The translations under genes were made by a program, and so were the position numbers. From Blastocatellia bacterium (GTDB lineage Bacteria > Acidobacteriota > Blastocatellia > UBA7656), in the NCBI GenBank assembly GCA_035634255.1, contig DASQDI010000034.1, positions 32,509 through 96,508 of the forward strand: a DNA stretch of 64,000 bases. Reading direction: 5' to 3'. Every line of letters begins with the position of its first letter. Within the stretch, counting starts at the first letter, position 1. Positions 38,839 through 47,504 of this stretch are shown here, piece after piece. A model generated the notes under the pieces. That model was given only the letters and a program-made list of their open reading frames with translations, was not told the DNA's origin and ran no database searches.

Positions 38839-38855
38839 GGTTGCCTCCGGTAGAA

Positions 38856-41800
38856 TCATCTCCAATTTCCGATCAGCACGAACGGTGCCCAGTAGTAAGG
38901 GTGTGCATGCGGCGCATTCCTGTCATAGGCGAAGGGCGGCAACTGCTTATCGCCGCTCCCGGCGGGCTCGACCTTCGGCCCGCGCCACCCTGGAGCCGCT
39001 CCCGGTTTGTAGCTTCCGTTGAGCAAAGCGAGTTGCGACTGACGCAGGGCTTCGCCTTTCGGCAGTCGCGGGTCGGCCTGCCGGGTCCGGTAAAACTTCA
39101 CCATCAATTCTTTCGTCCCCTCGTCCGACACCTGCCACAGACTTGCCAGCACCGATTTAGCGCCGAGGTATTGCGCTTTATAGGCAAACCCTTCGACCTC
39201 TTCGCCGTTCGTCTGGCCGGGGCCGTTACCCGATTTCATGACCCCGCCCGTCGCCGTATCGCAGGCCGCAAGCGAGAGCAGATCGACGTTGCGGAATAGA
39301 GTCCGGTCATTCTCAAACTCGGTCATATGCAACGCGGTGCCGTCGCCCAGAAGCAGGAAGGACAATTCTGCATTCGCCGGGTTGAACCAGAAGTGGCTGG
39401 CGATGTGAATGACTGACCTGGGAGCCAGGGCGATTTCGAACAAAGCTTCCTTCGTGAAGTCCCGGTTCATCTTGATCACGCCGGGCAATATTCCATTCAT
39501 GCCATTTGCGGAGTCTCTTTTTTTGACCAGTAGATTAATCTCGGACTCTGCGCCCGTGAGCGCGGGGAATACTAAAGTCCTTCCGTCAACCGTCACAGTC
39601 TTCGCTTCCGAAACGCCTAAGCCCAGGGCCTCCCAGCCGGGTTTAGGCAAGTCTGTCAACCTCCCGATACTTTGCGTGTTGAAAATGACATTCCGGTATT
39701 TTTCGACGAGGTACTGTTTGCCGTCGTGCAGAGCGGCCATCGGCACGTAGCGCAGGATGCCGTCCAGGGACCACATAAGGGTTTTATCCTTTTGATCCCC
39801 GATGTAGGTTTCAAGGTCGGCCGCGAGAGTGGTCTTCTGTCTCTCGGAAGTCTGCAAAAACAGTTTGCGGTAAAGCGACTGAGCCAGGGGGCGCGGATCG
39901 TACTGCGGCGACCGAAGCGCCTCGCGGAATTTGAAGACGGTCCTCTCCAGGTCTTTCGTGTCAATCGGGTAGGCTTTGCGGAACTCGCCCGTCACAAGCA
40001 AGACCCAGCCGATGGTCGCTTTTTCGCTTTCGGGCCCCGACGCCTTTTTAGCCTCGCCCGCCTTGCCGATGACCGTGTAAAGCGCGACCACCCCTTTGCC
40101 GAGTTCGGGCAGTATATTCTGCACGTCCTGCTCCCTCATTCTTTCGGCAAGTCTTCCTTTGACATCGGGCGCGGACGCGGCAAGAGTTCCGAGTGCCTGC
40201 TGCAACGCCTCCTCTGCTTTTTTTAATTCGATGCGGAGTTCGTGGAAGCGCGCCGTTTCCTCTTCGGTGTGGTTTCGCTTGCTTCTTAACTCGCCGATCT
40301 CGCGCCCCAGCGAAGCCAGGTTTTCGATAACCCTTATGACCTCTTCCTCGGCCTTGCTGTAAGGCAGGGTGAAGATCGGCTCGCCGCTGCGCCCCGTAAG
40401 CTTTCTGAATTCTTCTTCCTTGAGCAGATCCAGCACGGCCTGCGCTTCCGCCAGGCGGCCCTCGGAGATGAGGATGTCAGCCAGCGTGCGATAAGCCGAC
40501 TCTTTGTCGCTCAGGAAGCTTTGCTGAGACTCTTTATCGAAGCTCCTGATGTTGCCGCGAATCTCCTGAAAGGCATTGACCGCCTGCTTGCCATAAAAGA
40601 TTGCGAGGCGCGGGTCATTCCCCTTGCTCGACAGGGCCATTAAATTCCACAGCACTCTGCCCTCGACCTTTTTGTTTTTGATTTCTCTTGCTATCGTCAG
40701 CGCTTGCCGGTAATAGTCCTGCGCCTTCTCGGGCCGCTTTAATCTTTCATTTACATTTCCAAGCCCGTTGAGAGCGTAACTTTCACCGCGTCGGCTTCTT
40801 ACTTCTCGTGTGAGTGACAGCCCTCGCTCGTAAAAACTCCGCGCCTTTTCAGGTTGGTTTAAGTTCGAATACGCATCTCCGAGATTGATGAGAGCGTTGG
40901 CTTCATCGCCCTTTTCCTTACCCTCTCTGGCAATCGCTAACGCCTGCTCGTAATAATCTTTCGCCTTTTCGTACTGTTTCAAATTCAAGTATGTGTACCC
41001 CAAAGCGTTGCGTATTTGCCCTTCACCTTGCCGGTTCAATACTTCTTTCATCATTGCCAGCGACTGATTGTAAATATTCCGCGCTCTTTCGTTTTGGTTT
41101 AAGTCGGCATAAACAGCACCAATCGCGCTAATCGTGCCGCCTTCGAGTTCCCTGTTCTTTATTCCTTTAGCTATTGTTAGCCCATGCTCGTAGTAGTCCC
41201 GCGCCTTTTCATACTGATTCAAGTTGAAGTAAACCGACCCCAGGCTAATGAGCGCGATACATTCAAGGGCAAGGTTTTTTGTCTCCCTCGATTTTATTAG
41301 TGACTGTTCTAAGTAGCCCTGCGCCTTCTCGTATTGATTCAAATCCGAGTGAGTGGATCCCATATAAAGGAGCGAGAAGTTTTCATTGGTCGGATTGTTT
41401 ATTTCCCGAGACGCCTTTAACGCTTCCTCATGGTGACTCAGCGCCTTCTCATATCGATTCAGTTTTTTGTAAAGCTCACCGAGACTGTTGAGGATATTAA
41501 CCTCCCGGTATCTATTCGAACTCGTCCTGGCAATCGTTAACGCCCGCTCCAAATAACTTTGAGCTTTATCAAATTGATGTAGCCTTACGTAAAGGCGGCT
41601 CGCATTTGTGAGGACATCGCCCTGCCCGTTCTTATCGTTTAAGCTCGTTGCTATTTCCAGCGCCTGTTCGTAATGATCCTGCGCCTTATCATATTGTTTC
41701 AAGTCCGTGTAAAGACCCGCCAGGGCGTTCAGTGTGCTGCTCGTGTACTTATCTTTCGATCTTCGCGCAACAGAGAGCGCCTGTTCGTATAAGCTCCGCG

Positions 41801-43406
41801 CCTTTTCGAACTGCTTTAAGGCTTTATAATGGTTCGCCAACATGCCGAGAGTGAGAATTTCAAAACCCCTTTCTTTCTCCTCTCTGGCAATCGCCAGCGC
41901 CTGCTCGTAATAGCCCTGTGCTTTTTCGTTCTCCCCTGAGTTGGCGTAGCTACTTCCCAGACCGGCCAGCAGGGGAATCTGGCCGACCCTGTCCTTCAAA
42001 CTTTCTTTGATTGACAATGCCTGCTCCGAATAAGCACGTAGCTTTTCATTCTGCCCCAGGCATAAACAGGCCGTCGCAAGATTACTCAGCATGCGACTTT
42101 CGCCGTCCCTGTCTTTCAACTCTCTTTTTATCTGTAACGCCCGCTCGAAGTATTCCCGCGCCTTGTCACAGTCGGAGGTGCCTGATAATTGAATAAGCCC
42201 TAAATTGAAGAGTGTTTCACTTTCCCCCCCCTTATCCGGCATATCTTTATACGAGGCCAAGGATCGCTCGAAATAATCCTGCGCCTTCTCGTACTGGCCG
42301 AAAAAGTTGAGATGATAAATCCCCAGGAGATTAATTATGTTTCGCTCACCCCTTTTGTCTTTTGAGTCCCTGGTTATCGCCAGCGTCAGCTCTAAATACT
42401 CTTTTACCTTATCCAGATTTTGCGTGCTGGGTTTCGAGTAGGTATAAGCCAGCCTCAATAACGCGAACGATTCGCCGCTTCGGTTTTTCACTTCTCTCGC
42501 TATCGCCAGCCCTTGCTCGTAATACTCCCTCGCCTTTGCCTCCTGATTTAAGTCGTCATAAATCTCTCCCAAATTGCTAAGCGTAATGCCCTCGCCGCGC
42601 CTGTCTTTCAGCTCTCTTCTTATTGCTAATGCCTGTTCATAGTAATCTCGCGCCTTTTCATACTGGCGGAGGCCTTTGTGCGCCAATCCCAGTCCGTTCG
42701 CGGCCTTTCCTTCACTCTGTCTGTCTTTGATTTCCTGGAACTGTTTCAATGCCTGGCTGAGCGAATCAACCGCTTTCTCATTCTGATTTAAGTCGCTGTA
42801 CGCCCAGCCGAGATTTGTCAGCGTCACGGCTTCCCAATATCGGTCGCCGCTCTCTCGCCACAAACCGAGCGCCGTCTCAAATTTATTGATTACTTCTGCT
42901 GAAGCCTGTGGGTTGGCTATCTGTAAATTTCGGCCTTCGCTGAACACTTTCTCAGCAGCAACGCGCTTTCTGTCTTGCTCACTCGGCTCACGCAGCCCGA
43001 CAACGGTTATACTATAGTTGCCTGCGCCTGCATTTTGTTCGACAGGCTTGACTTCGATTTTATACGCCCCATCAATTAAGGCTATGCATGAAACCGCCTC
43101 GCGCCACAAAAGGCCGTTATGCGCATTCATATCAATCAAAAGTTTTCCGTCGGGCGCGTATAGAGAGACGATGACATCGAAGCCCGCGCTCTGATTGACT
43201 TCGGCGCGCATGAACTGTCCGGCCCTGAGATTGACTTGATAGGTGTGCGCCTCTCCGACTTTCAGAGCGCGCTCGACCGTCTGATTCAGCGACAGCACGC
43301 GAACGTCGTTCTGCGCTTGCCCGAGGGCCGAAGCGATAAACAGCCCCAGAGCCAGAGCCGCAAAGCTAAAACGTAAAGACTTCGAAGAAATAATAGGCCG
43401 ATACAT
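38856..43406 (-). CDS. Secreted PPC-like/TPR-repeat/CHAT-domain protein (~1516 aa), paralog 1
   Basis: ATG at ~43406 preceded by gggaggaa. Signal peptide MYRPIISSKSLRFSFAALALGLFIASALGQA. The ORF-track TTG start at 43496 gives a 30-aa non-signal extension. TPR array. CHAT: HIASHFWFNPANAELSFLLLGDG...LLSLAACDTATGG...AKSVLASLWQVSDEGT..LMVKFY...HPYYWAPFVLIGNWR. Confidence 0.85.
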   Translation of the reverse strand: MYRPIISSKSLRFSFAALALGLFIASALGQAQNDVRVLSLNQTVERALKVGEAHTYQVNLRAGQFMRAEVNQSAGFDVIVSLYAPDGKLLIDMNAHNGLLWREAVSCIALIDGAYKIEVKPVEQNAGAGNYSITVVGLREPSEQDRKRVAAEKVFSEGRNLQIANPQASAEVINKFETALGLWRESGDRYWEAVTLTNLGWAYSDLNQNEKAVDSLSQALKQFQEIKDRQSEGKAANGLGLAHKGLRQYEKARDYYEQALAIRRELKDRRGEGITLSNLGEIYDDLNQEAKAREYYEQGLAIAREVKNRSGESFALLRLAYTYSKPSTQNLDKVKEYLELTLAITRDSKDKRGERNIINLLGIYHLNFFGQYEKAQDYFERSLASYKDMPDKGGESETLFNLGLIQLSGTSDCDKAREYFERALQIKRELKDRDGESRMLSNLATACLCLGQNEKLRAYSEQALSIKESLKDRVGQIPLLAGLGSSYANSGENEKAQGYYEQALAIAREEKERGFEILTLGMLANHYKALKQFEKARSLYEQALSVARRSKDKYTSSTLNALAGLYTDLKQYDKAQDHYEQALEIATSLNDKNGQGDVLTNASRLYVRLHQFDKAQSYLERALTIARTSSNRYREVNILNSLGELYKKLNRYEKALSHHEEALKASREINNPTNENFSLLYMGSTHSDLNQYEKAQGYLEQSLIKSRETKNLALECIALISLGSVYFNLNQYEKARDYYEHGLTIAKGIKNRELEGGTISAIGAVYADLNQNERARNIYNQSLAMMKEVLNRQGEGQIRNALGYTYLNLKQYEKAKDYYEQALAIAREGKEKGDEANALINLGDAYSNLNQPEKARSFYERGLSLTREVRSRRGESYALNGLGNVNERLKRPEKAQDYYRQALTIAREIKNKKVEGRVLWNLMALSSKGNDPRLAIFYGKQAVNAFQEIRGNIRSFDKESQQSFLSDKESAYRTLADILISEGRLAEAQAVLDLLKEEEFRKLTGRSGEPIFTLPYSKAEEEVIRVIENLASLGREIGELRSKRNHTEEETARFHELRIELKKAEEALQQALGTLAASAPDVKGRLAERMREQDVQNILPELGKGVVALYTVIGKAGEAKKASGPESEKATIGWVLLVTGEFRKAYPIDTKDLERTVFKFREALRSPQYDPRPLAQSLYRKLFLQTSERQKTTLAADLETYIGDQKDKTLMWSLDGILRYVPMAALHDGKQYLVEKYRNVIFNTQSIGRLTDLPKPGWEALGLGVSEAKTVTVDGRTLVFPALTGAESEINLLVKKRDSANGMNGILPGVIKMNRDFTKEALFEIALAPRSVIHIASHFWFNPANAELSFLLLGDGTALHMTEFENDRTLFRNVDLLSLAACDTATGGVMKSGNGPGQTNGEEVEGFAYKAQYLGAKSVLASLWQVSDEGTKELMVKFYRTRQADPRLPKGEALRQSQLALLNGSYKPGAAPGWRGPKVEPAGSGDKQLPPFAYDRNAPHAHPYYWAPFVLIGNWR

Positions 43407-43469
43407 TGGAGCATTCCTCCCGATCAATTCAGCTTGTTTGCGCGAGATGTAAACTGCTTGAACCTTGGA

Positions 43470-43483
43470 CGAAGAACTTCGTT
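43470..43483. promoter_or_regulatory. Perfect 6-2-6 palindrome ACGAAGAACTTCGT flanked by GAACC direct repeats in the leader of the first TPR-CHAT gene; candidate operator
   Basis: Plus strand gaaccttggACGAAGAACTTCGTtcgagaacc, read directly. Lies between the anti-sigma stop (43782) and the SD-supported ATG (~43406). Confidence 0.25.
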
Positions 43484-43781
43484 CGAGAACCTTCAAATGA
43501 TCTTTCAGTGAAGAGCGGCCCGGAGTCTAACATAAATTACAGTCCCCTACTAGTAAATTTACTTACCATTCTGCCCCGCCTGTTATTAAAAGCGACGGTC
43601 ACTTTTTGCCGGGCCGCCCGACAAAATCTCCGCGCATTATCAGGTGAGAAAGTAGAAGAAATGTTACAGGGGCTTTTTTCCGGGCCTATTGAGGCTTGAG
43701 GCCGGGCCGGTCGCGGCGACAGAATTTAGATGCGGAAGGCCGGCGCGCCGGCGTCGCGCGAAGATCGGTTTAAAGCTCGCG

Positions 43782-44753
43782 TTATTTTCTGACAACGCGA
43801 ATTAAAAACTCGCCGACGCCTCTTGTCTCGTTCTGCTCCGTCACCCCATCCACCAGCAACCGGTAACCGCCCGCGGGCAGGTCCTGGGCGGGTATCCGCA
43901 GGATAATTGATCTCCCCTTCGCGGTTTTCGTGCTTGTGATCGAATCGCGCCGGACCTCTTGCCCGAGATCGTTCAGCAGGACGGTTTCATACCGGGTGTA
44001 ATCATCGCTCTTCAGGTCGAGTTGCAGGCGGACCCTTTTAGCCGCGGCGGGTATCGAGATGGTTATTTGTTTCTGCGGGGCCCCTCTGGTGATTCCGCCG
44101 GGCTCGACTTCGAGCACCGCGCTGACGAGAGTGTTCGTGGAAACCTGCTGTTCCAGCCGCTCGACATCCTGCCTCAATTGCTCTCTCTCTTGTTCGAGCT
44201 TCTCCCTCTCCGCGCTCGACGCCTCCTTCAATTCCTGATTGACGCGGGCCAGGTCCATCAACCTCTGGTTGACTTCTTCCAGGCGCCTGCTCTGCGCGGC
44301 TTGCGCGTCGGCGAGTTGCGACCGCAATCTGACGACCTCGAACCAGAGCCAGCCGCCTCCGACCAGCGCCACGAGCAGCCCGGAAACCAGAGCCCATTGC
44401 CGAAGCGGATAATCGACGCGGAAGAATTCGCGCGCCCTCTGCCAGGGCGAGACCTGATCCCGCGCCGGCGCCGCCCGATGCCTGCGGGCAAACGTCATCA
44501 GGGCGCGCGCGGAGTGAACACGCTCGCGCCGCCGGTCCGAGTTGAGGAAGTTCTTCTCGAACAACGCGCGGTTGCGGGCCGTAAGCCGGCCGTTGACGTA
44601 AGCGTCGATGATCTCATCCTCGGCGACCTGCAACTCTGTGAAAAAGTCTTCGTCTTCGAGGTAGCGGGCTTCGACCTGCTCGCGGTCCTGCGCCGGCAGG
44701 TCCCCCAGGAGATAGCGAATAAGCCGATCTTCTTGTTTAATCGCAGACATCAA
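43782..44753 (-). CDS. Putative single-pass membrane anti-sigma factor / regulatory protein (323 aa)
   Basis: Immediately downstream of the ECF sigma gene in the same orientation. Cytoplasmic N-domain (~110 aa), one TM helix (WALVSGLLVALVGGGWLWF), coiled-coil (LRSQLADAQAAQSRRLEEVNQRLMDLARVNQELKEASSAEREKLEQEREQLRQDVERLEQQ) and a C-terminal extracytoplasmic domain. No zf-HC2 Cys/His motif, hence the moderate confidence. Confidence 0.5.
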   Translation of the reverse strand: MMSAIKQEDRLIRYLLGDLPAQDREQVEARYLEDEDFFTELQVAEDEIIDAYVNGRLTARNRALFEKNFLNSDRRRERVHSARALMTFARRHRAAPARDQVSPWQRAREFFRVDYPLRQWALVSGLLVALVGGGWLWFEVVRLRSQLADAQAAQSRRLEEVNQRLMDLARVNQELKEASSAEREKLEQEREQLRQDVERLEQQVSTNTLVSAVLEVEPGGITRGAPQKQITISIPAAAKRVRLQLDLKSDDYTRYETVLLNDLGQEVRRDSITSTKTAKGRSIILRIPAQDLPAGGYRLLVDGVTEQNETRGVGEFLIRVVRK

Positions 44754-44783
44754 GACGCGCTCCCGTTACCTGAGTTCATAATC

Positions 44784-45428
44784 TCATGTGGGAATCCGCT
44801 CAAAGTGTTTCTCCGCCTCCGAATGCTCCTGCAAACACTTCGTTATACAGGTTTCCAGCCTCTCCCTGATCCGGTGCATGCGGACCCGTAAAGCCCCCTG
44901 ACTGATTCCCAGTTCTTCGGCGATTTGCTTTCGACGATTGATCTTGGCCCTTTTCTCTTCGTAGTAGTAATCGATCACGTGTTGGCGTTCGGCTTCCGGC
45001 AGAGTCTTCGCGCATCTCTCCAGACAGTCGAGCCGTCGCTCCAGCTCGATTTTTTCCTCTTCGCTCGGCGGCGGCAATCCGGCGGGAGTTCGTCCCGCCG
45101 GCAGATCGCCATCCAACCCTTCAACCCGCATCTCCGGTGACTTCCAGTACTCCCGCAACACATTGCGCGCGATCCCCGTCAGGTAAGCGGCGGGGTTCCT
45201 CACCTCTTCGCCGGCCATTATCATGCGCGCGGCGCGGTCTATAGAGATGTCAACAAGGCGGTCCGGGTCGGCGACGTTGTTACGCTCGAAGAAGTAGTAA
45301 AACCGCTGATAAATCTTCAGGTACTCCGCGCCGCGCGCGTCGGGATCAGGTGACAGACACGACAGGAATTTGTCCAGAGCTTCCTGTGTGAGTTTCCAAT
45401 CCTTCTTATAAGTGACACGGTCTACCAT
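44784..45428 (-). CDS. ECF-type sigma-70 family RNA polymerase sigma factor
   Basis: Region 2-like segment (RLVDISIDRAARMIMAGEEVRNPAAYLTGIARNVLREYW). Region 4 HTH (IAEELGISQGALRVRMHRIRERL). First gene of the minus-strand sigma/anti-sigma/CHAT/caspase cluster. Confidence 0.75.
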   Translation of the reverse strand: MVDRVTYKKDWKLTQEALDKFLSCLSPDPDARGAEYLKIYQRFYYFFERNNVADPDRLVDISIDRAARMIMAGEEVRNPAAYLTGIARNVLREYWKSPEMRVEGLDGDLPAGRTPAGLPPPSEEEKIELERRLDCLERCAKTLPEAERQHVIDYYYEEKRAKINRRKQIAEELGISQGALRVRMHRIRERLETCITKCLQEHSEAEKHFERIPT

Positions 45429-45548
45429 ACGCTTTTCAGCAGGCCAGATGTTGTTCGGTGAGACAATACAACCTTCCCGAGTTTTTTTCCAGACCCCGCA
45501 AAGGCATGTAGCCGTTTTGAATTCTTCCCTGCTCCGCTGGTCTGAAAC

Positions 45549-45594
45549 AGGGAGAGCCGGTCCGTTACTGATTGGTGACGGGCCGGCTCTCCCT
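45549..45594 (-). other. 46-nt perfect 12-bp inverted repeat (agggagagccgg ... ccggctctccct) with nested secondary pairing; possible terminator between the SDR gene and the ECF sigma gene
   Basis: Read directly. Weak U-tract (gttt) on the minus strand after the stem. Confidence 0.35.
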
Positions 45595-45615
45595 AGTTTC
45601 TTAATACTGTTCGCT

Positions 45616-46644
45616 CTACGAGGCTATTTCGTTATTCTCGCGGGCGGCCTGATCGGAAAGCGCCGTGAGGAAAGAAGGCGCGAGGGCCGACTGGCTCTCC
45701 TCGCCTAAGGCGCGGCCCTTGCCGATGCCGCCCGGTCCCGGCAGGAGCCTGTTTGCCAACCCCAGGAGGTCCGCGGTCACGCCGGGGAAGACTCCGTGAA
45801 ATAGCGCGGCCAGCTTTGCCTGTATCGAGAGGACGACTTCGGCGTCCCCCCGTTTGCACGCCGCGATGACCTGCCGCGCCGCGCGCTCGGCCCTCATCGA
45901 CGTGACAGGGAGCGAGTCGCTTATGGTGAACCAGGCGTACTCGGCTTTATGCTGCCCTTTGAAGACGGCGTTGCGCGGGCTGCCCGTGCGCATCAGCCCC
46001 GGACAGACGGTCGTGACCACGATGCCGTCTTTCGCAAGCTCCGCGCGCAGCCCCTCCGACAGCCCGACGAGGGCGAACTTGCTCGCGCTGTAGGGCAGCA
46101 GGTGAGGCACGCTGATCTTGCCGCCTATCGAAGAGATGTTCACTATGCGGCCTTCGCCCCGCTCTTTCATGTGCGGGAGGACGGCGAGCACGGAGTAGAG
46201 CGGGCCCCAGAAGTGCGTCTTCATCGCGTGCTCGTAATCCCGCAGGGTCATCACCTCCATCGGCCCGACCTCGATCACGCCCGCGTTGTTGATGAGCACG
46301 TCGATGCGCCCGTAGTGGTCGGTGACCTCGCGCACCATCCCTTCCACCTCGAACTGATTGGTGACATCGCACGCCGTGGCGTAGACGGCCGCACCGCGCT
46401 GCTCAAGGTCATGGCGCGCGCGGTCGAGTTCTTCCGCGTCGCGCGCGCAGATCGCAAGCCTCGCCCCCTCGCGCGCGAGCTCCCGCGCGAGCACGAGCCC
46501 CAGACCGCGCGAGCCGCCCGTTATCAGCACGACCCGGCCGCGCATGTCGTACCGGCGCGACCTCCTGATCAACTCCCTCGCCGCCAGCAGAGCGCCCGCG
46601 CCCGCCGCCGCGAGCAGCAACCCATTGCCGTTCCCTTTTCTCAT
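45616..46644 (-). CDS. Short-chain dehydrogenase/reductase (SDR) with N-terminal hydrophobic segment
   Basis: GRVVLITGGSRGLGLVLARELAREGARL is a TGxxxGxG motif. YSASKFALVGL is the YxxxK motif. N-terminal LLLAAAGAGALLAA. Confidence 0.8.
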   Translation of the reverse strand: MRKGNGNGLLLAAAGAGALLAARELIRRSRRYDMRGRVVLITGGSRGLGLVLARELAREGARLAICARDAEELDRARHDLEQRGAAVYATACDVTNQFEVEGMVREVTDHYGRIDVLINNAGVIEVGPMEVMTLRDYEHAMKTHFWGPLYSVLAVLPHMKERGEGRIVNISSIGGKISVPHLLPYSASKFALVGLSEGLRAELAKDGIVVTTVCPGLMRTGSPRNAVFKGQHKAEYAWFTISDSLPVTSMRAERAARQVIAACKRGDAEVVLSIQAKLAALFHGVFPGVTADLLGLANRLLPGPGGIGKGRALGEESQSALAPSFLTALSDQAARENNEIAS

Positions 46645-46669
46645 AACTCACCCCCTGCCCAGTATATCT

Positions 46670-47443
46670 CTAAGCGTCGCTGAATTCCGCCACGACCGGC
46701 GCATGGTCCGAAGGCCGCTCCCACCCGCGCGTCTCTTTCGCTATCCAGGCGTCGGAACTCCGCTTCGCCAGGGACGCCGAGACCCAGACGTGATCTATGC
46801 GCAGGCCCGCGTTGCGGCGAAAGGAGACCGCGCGGTAGTCCCACCATGAATATAGCCCGCCCTCGGCGTGGTGCTTTCGGAATGCGTCCGTGAAGCCCCA
46901 CTGTTTGATGTGCTCAAGGGCTTCGCGCTCGGGCTCGCTGAAAAGGATCTTGCCGCGCCACAGCTTCGGGTCGTGGACGTCTATGTCTTCGGGCGCGACG
47001 TTGAAATCTCCGCAGAGAAAGACCCGCGCTTTCCTGTCGTACGACTCGTCCAGGAAAGCGCGCAGACGCCGCATCCAGCCGAGCTTGAAGGCGTACTTGT
47101 CGGAGCCGACGGCCTGCCCATTCGGCACGTAGACGTTGACGATGCGAATCCCTTCGACCGTCGCGGCGAGCAGGCGCGCGTGCGCGTCGCCGGGGTCACC
47201 CGGAAAGCCGCGCCGCACATCCTTCGCCGGCGCGCGGGATATGATGGCCACGCCGTTGTATGTCGGCTGCCCGTACGCCTCGGAGTTATAGCCGAGTTCG
47301 GCGAAAGCGTCCCGAGGGAATCTATCGTCCGGGCACTTAGTCTCCTGCATGCAGAGCACGTCGGGGCGCGCGTCTTCGAGCCACTTCAACACGAGCGGCA
47401 GCCGCGCCGTCACGGAGTTGACATTCCAGGTCGCGATCTTCAT
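46670..47443 (-). CDS. xth: Exodeoxyribonuclease III (AP endonuclease, EEP superfamily)
   Basis: [10 protein letters not shown]...[11 protein letters not shown]-terminus. Conserved [18 protein letters not shown] and C-terminal RIDHVWVS...[10 protein letters not shown]. Confidence 0.9.
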   Translation of the reverse strand: MKIATWNVNSVTARLPLVLKWLEDARPDVLCMQETKCPDDRFPRDAFAELGYNSEAYGQPTYNGVAIISRAPAKDVRRGFPGDPGDAHARLLAATVEGIRIVNVYVPNGQAVGSDKYAFKLGWMRRLRAFLDESYDRKARVFLCGDFNVAPEDIDVHDPKLWRGKILFSEPEREALEHIKQWGFTDAFRKHHAEGGLYSWWDYRAVSFRRNAGLRIDHVWVSASLAKRSSDAWIAKETRGWERPSDHAPVVAEFSDA

Positions 47444-47504
47444 AGCAACCAATTCTTAAGCATGCGGGGCCGGGGGGCAAGCCGCGCGCTCGCACTCGGG
47501 CCGC

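Noticed and set aside
38856-38870. Conserved C-terminal ...F(V/I)L(I/T)GNWR ending of all three TPR-CHAT proteins considered as a possible sorting or secretion signal
   Set aside because: The HPYYWA.F.L.G motif is the normal conserved C-terminal edge of the CHAT domain itself. There is no following TM helix or basic tail as in PEP-CTERM or LPXTG signals.
43407-43496. ORF-track TTG-initiated N-terminal extension of TPR-CHAT paralog 1 (30 aa, MKVLERSSSSKVQAVYISRKQAELIGRNAP)
   Set aside because: No SD, a rare TTG start and a non-signal-like sequence. An SD-preceded ATG immediately followed by a canonical signal peptide occurs at ~43406. The extension instead contains the palindromic candidate operator.
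43959-44891. 310-aa plus-strand ORF
   Set aside because: Antisense to the anti-sigma and sigma genes, which have a TM helix, coiled-coil and sigma region 4 HTH on the minus strand.
45949-46683. 244-aa plus-strand ORF and overlapping ORFs
   Set aside because: Antisense to the SDR gene (TGxxxGxG and YxxxK motifs on the minus strand).
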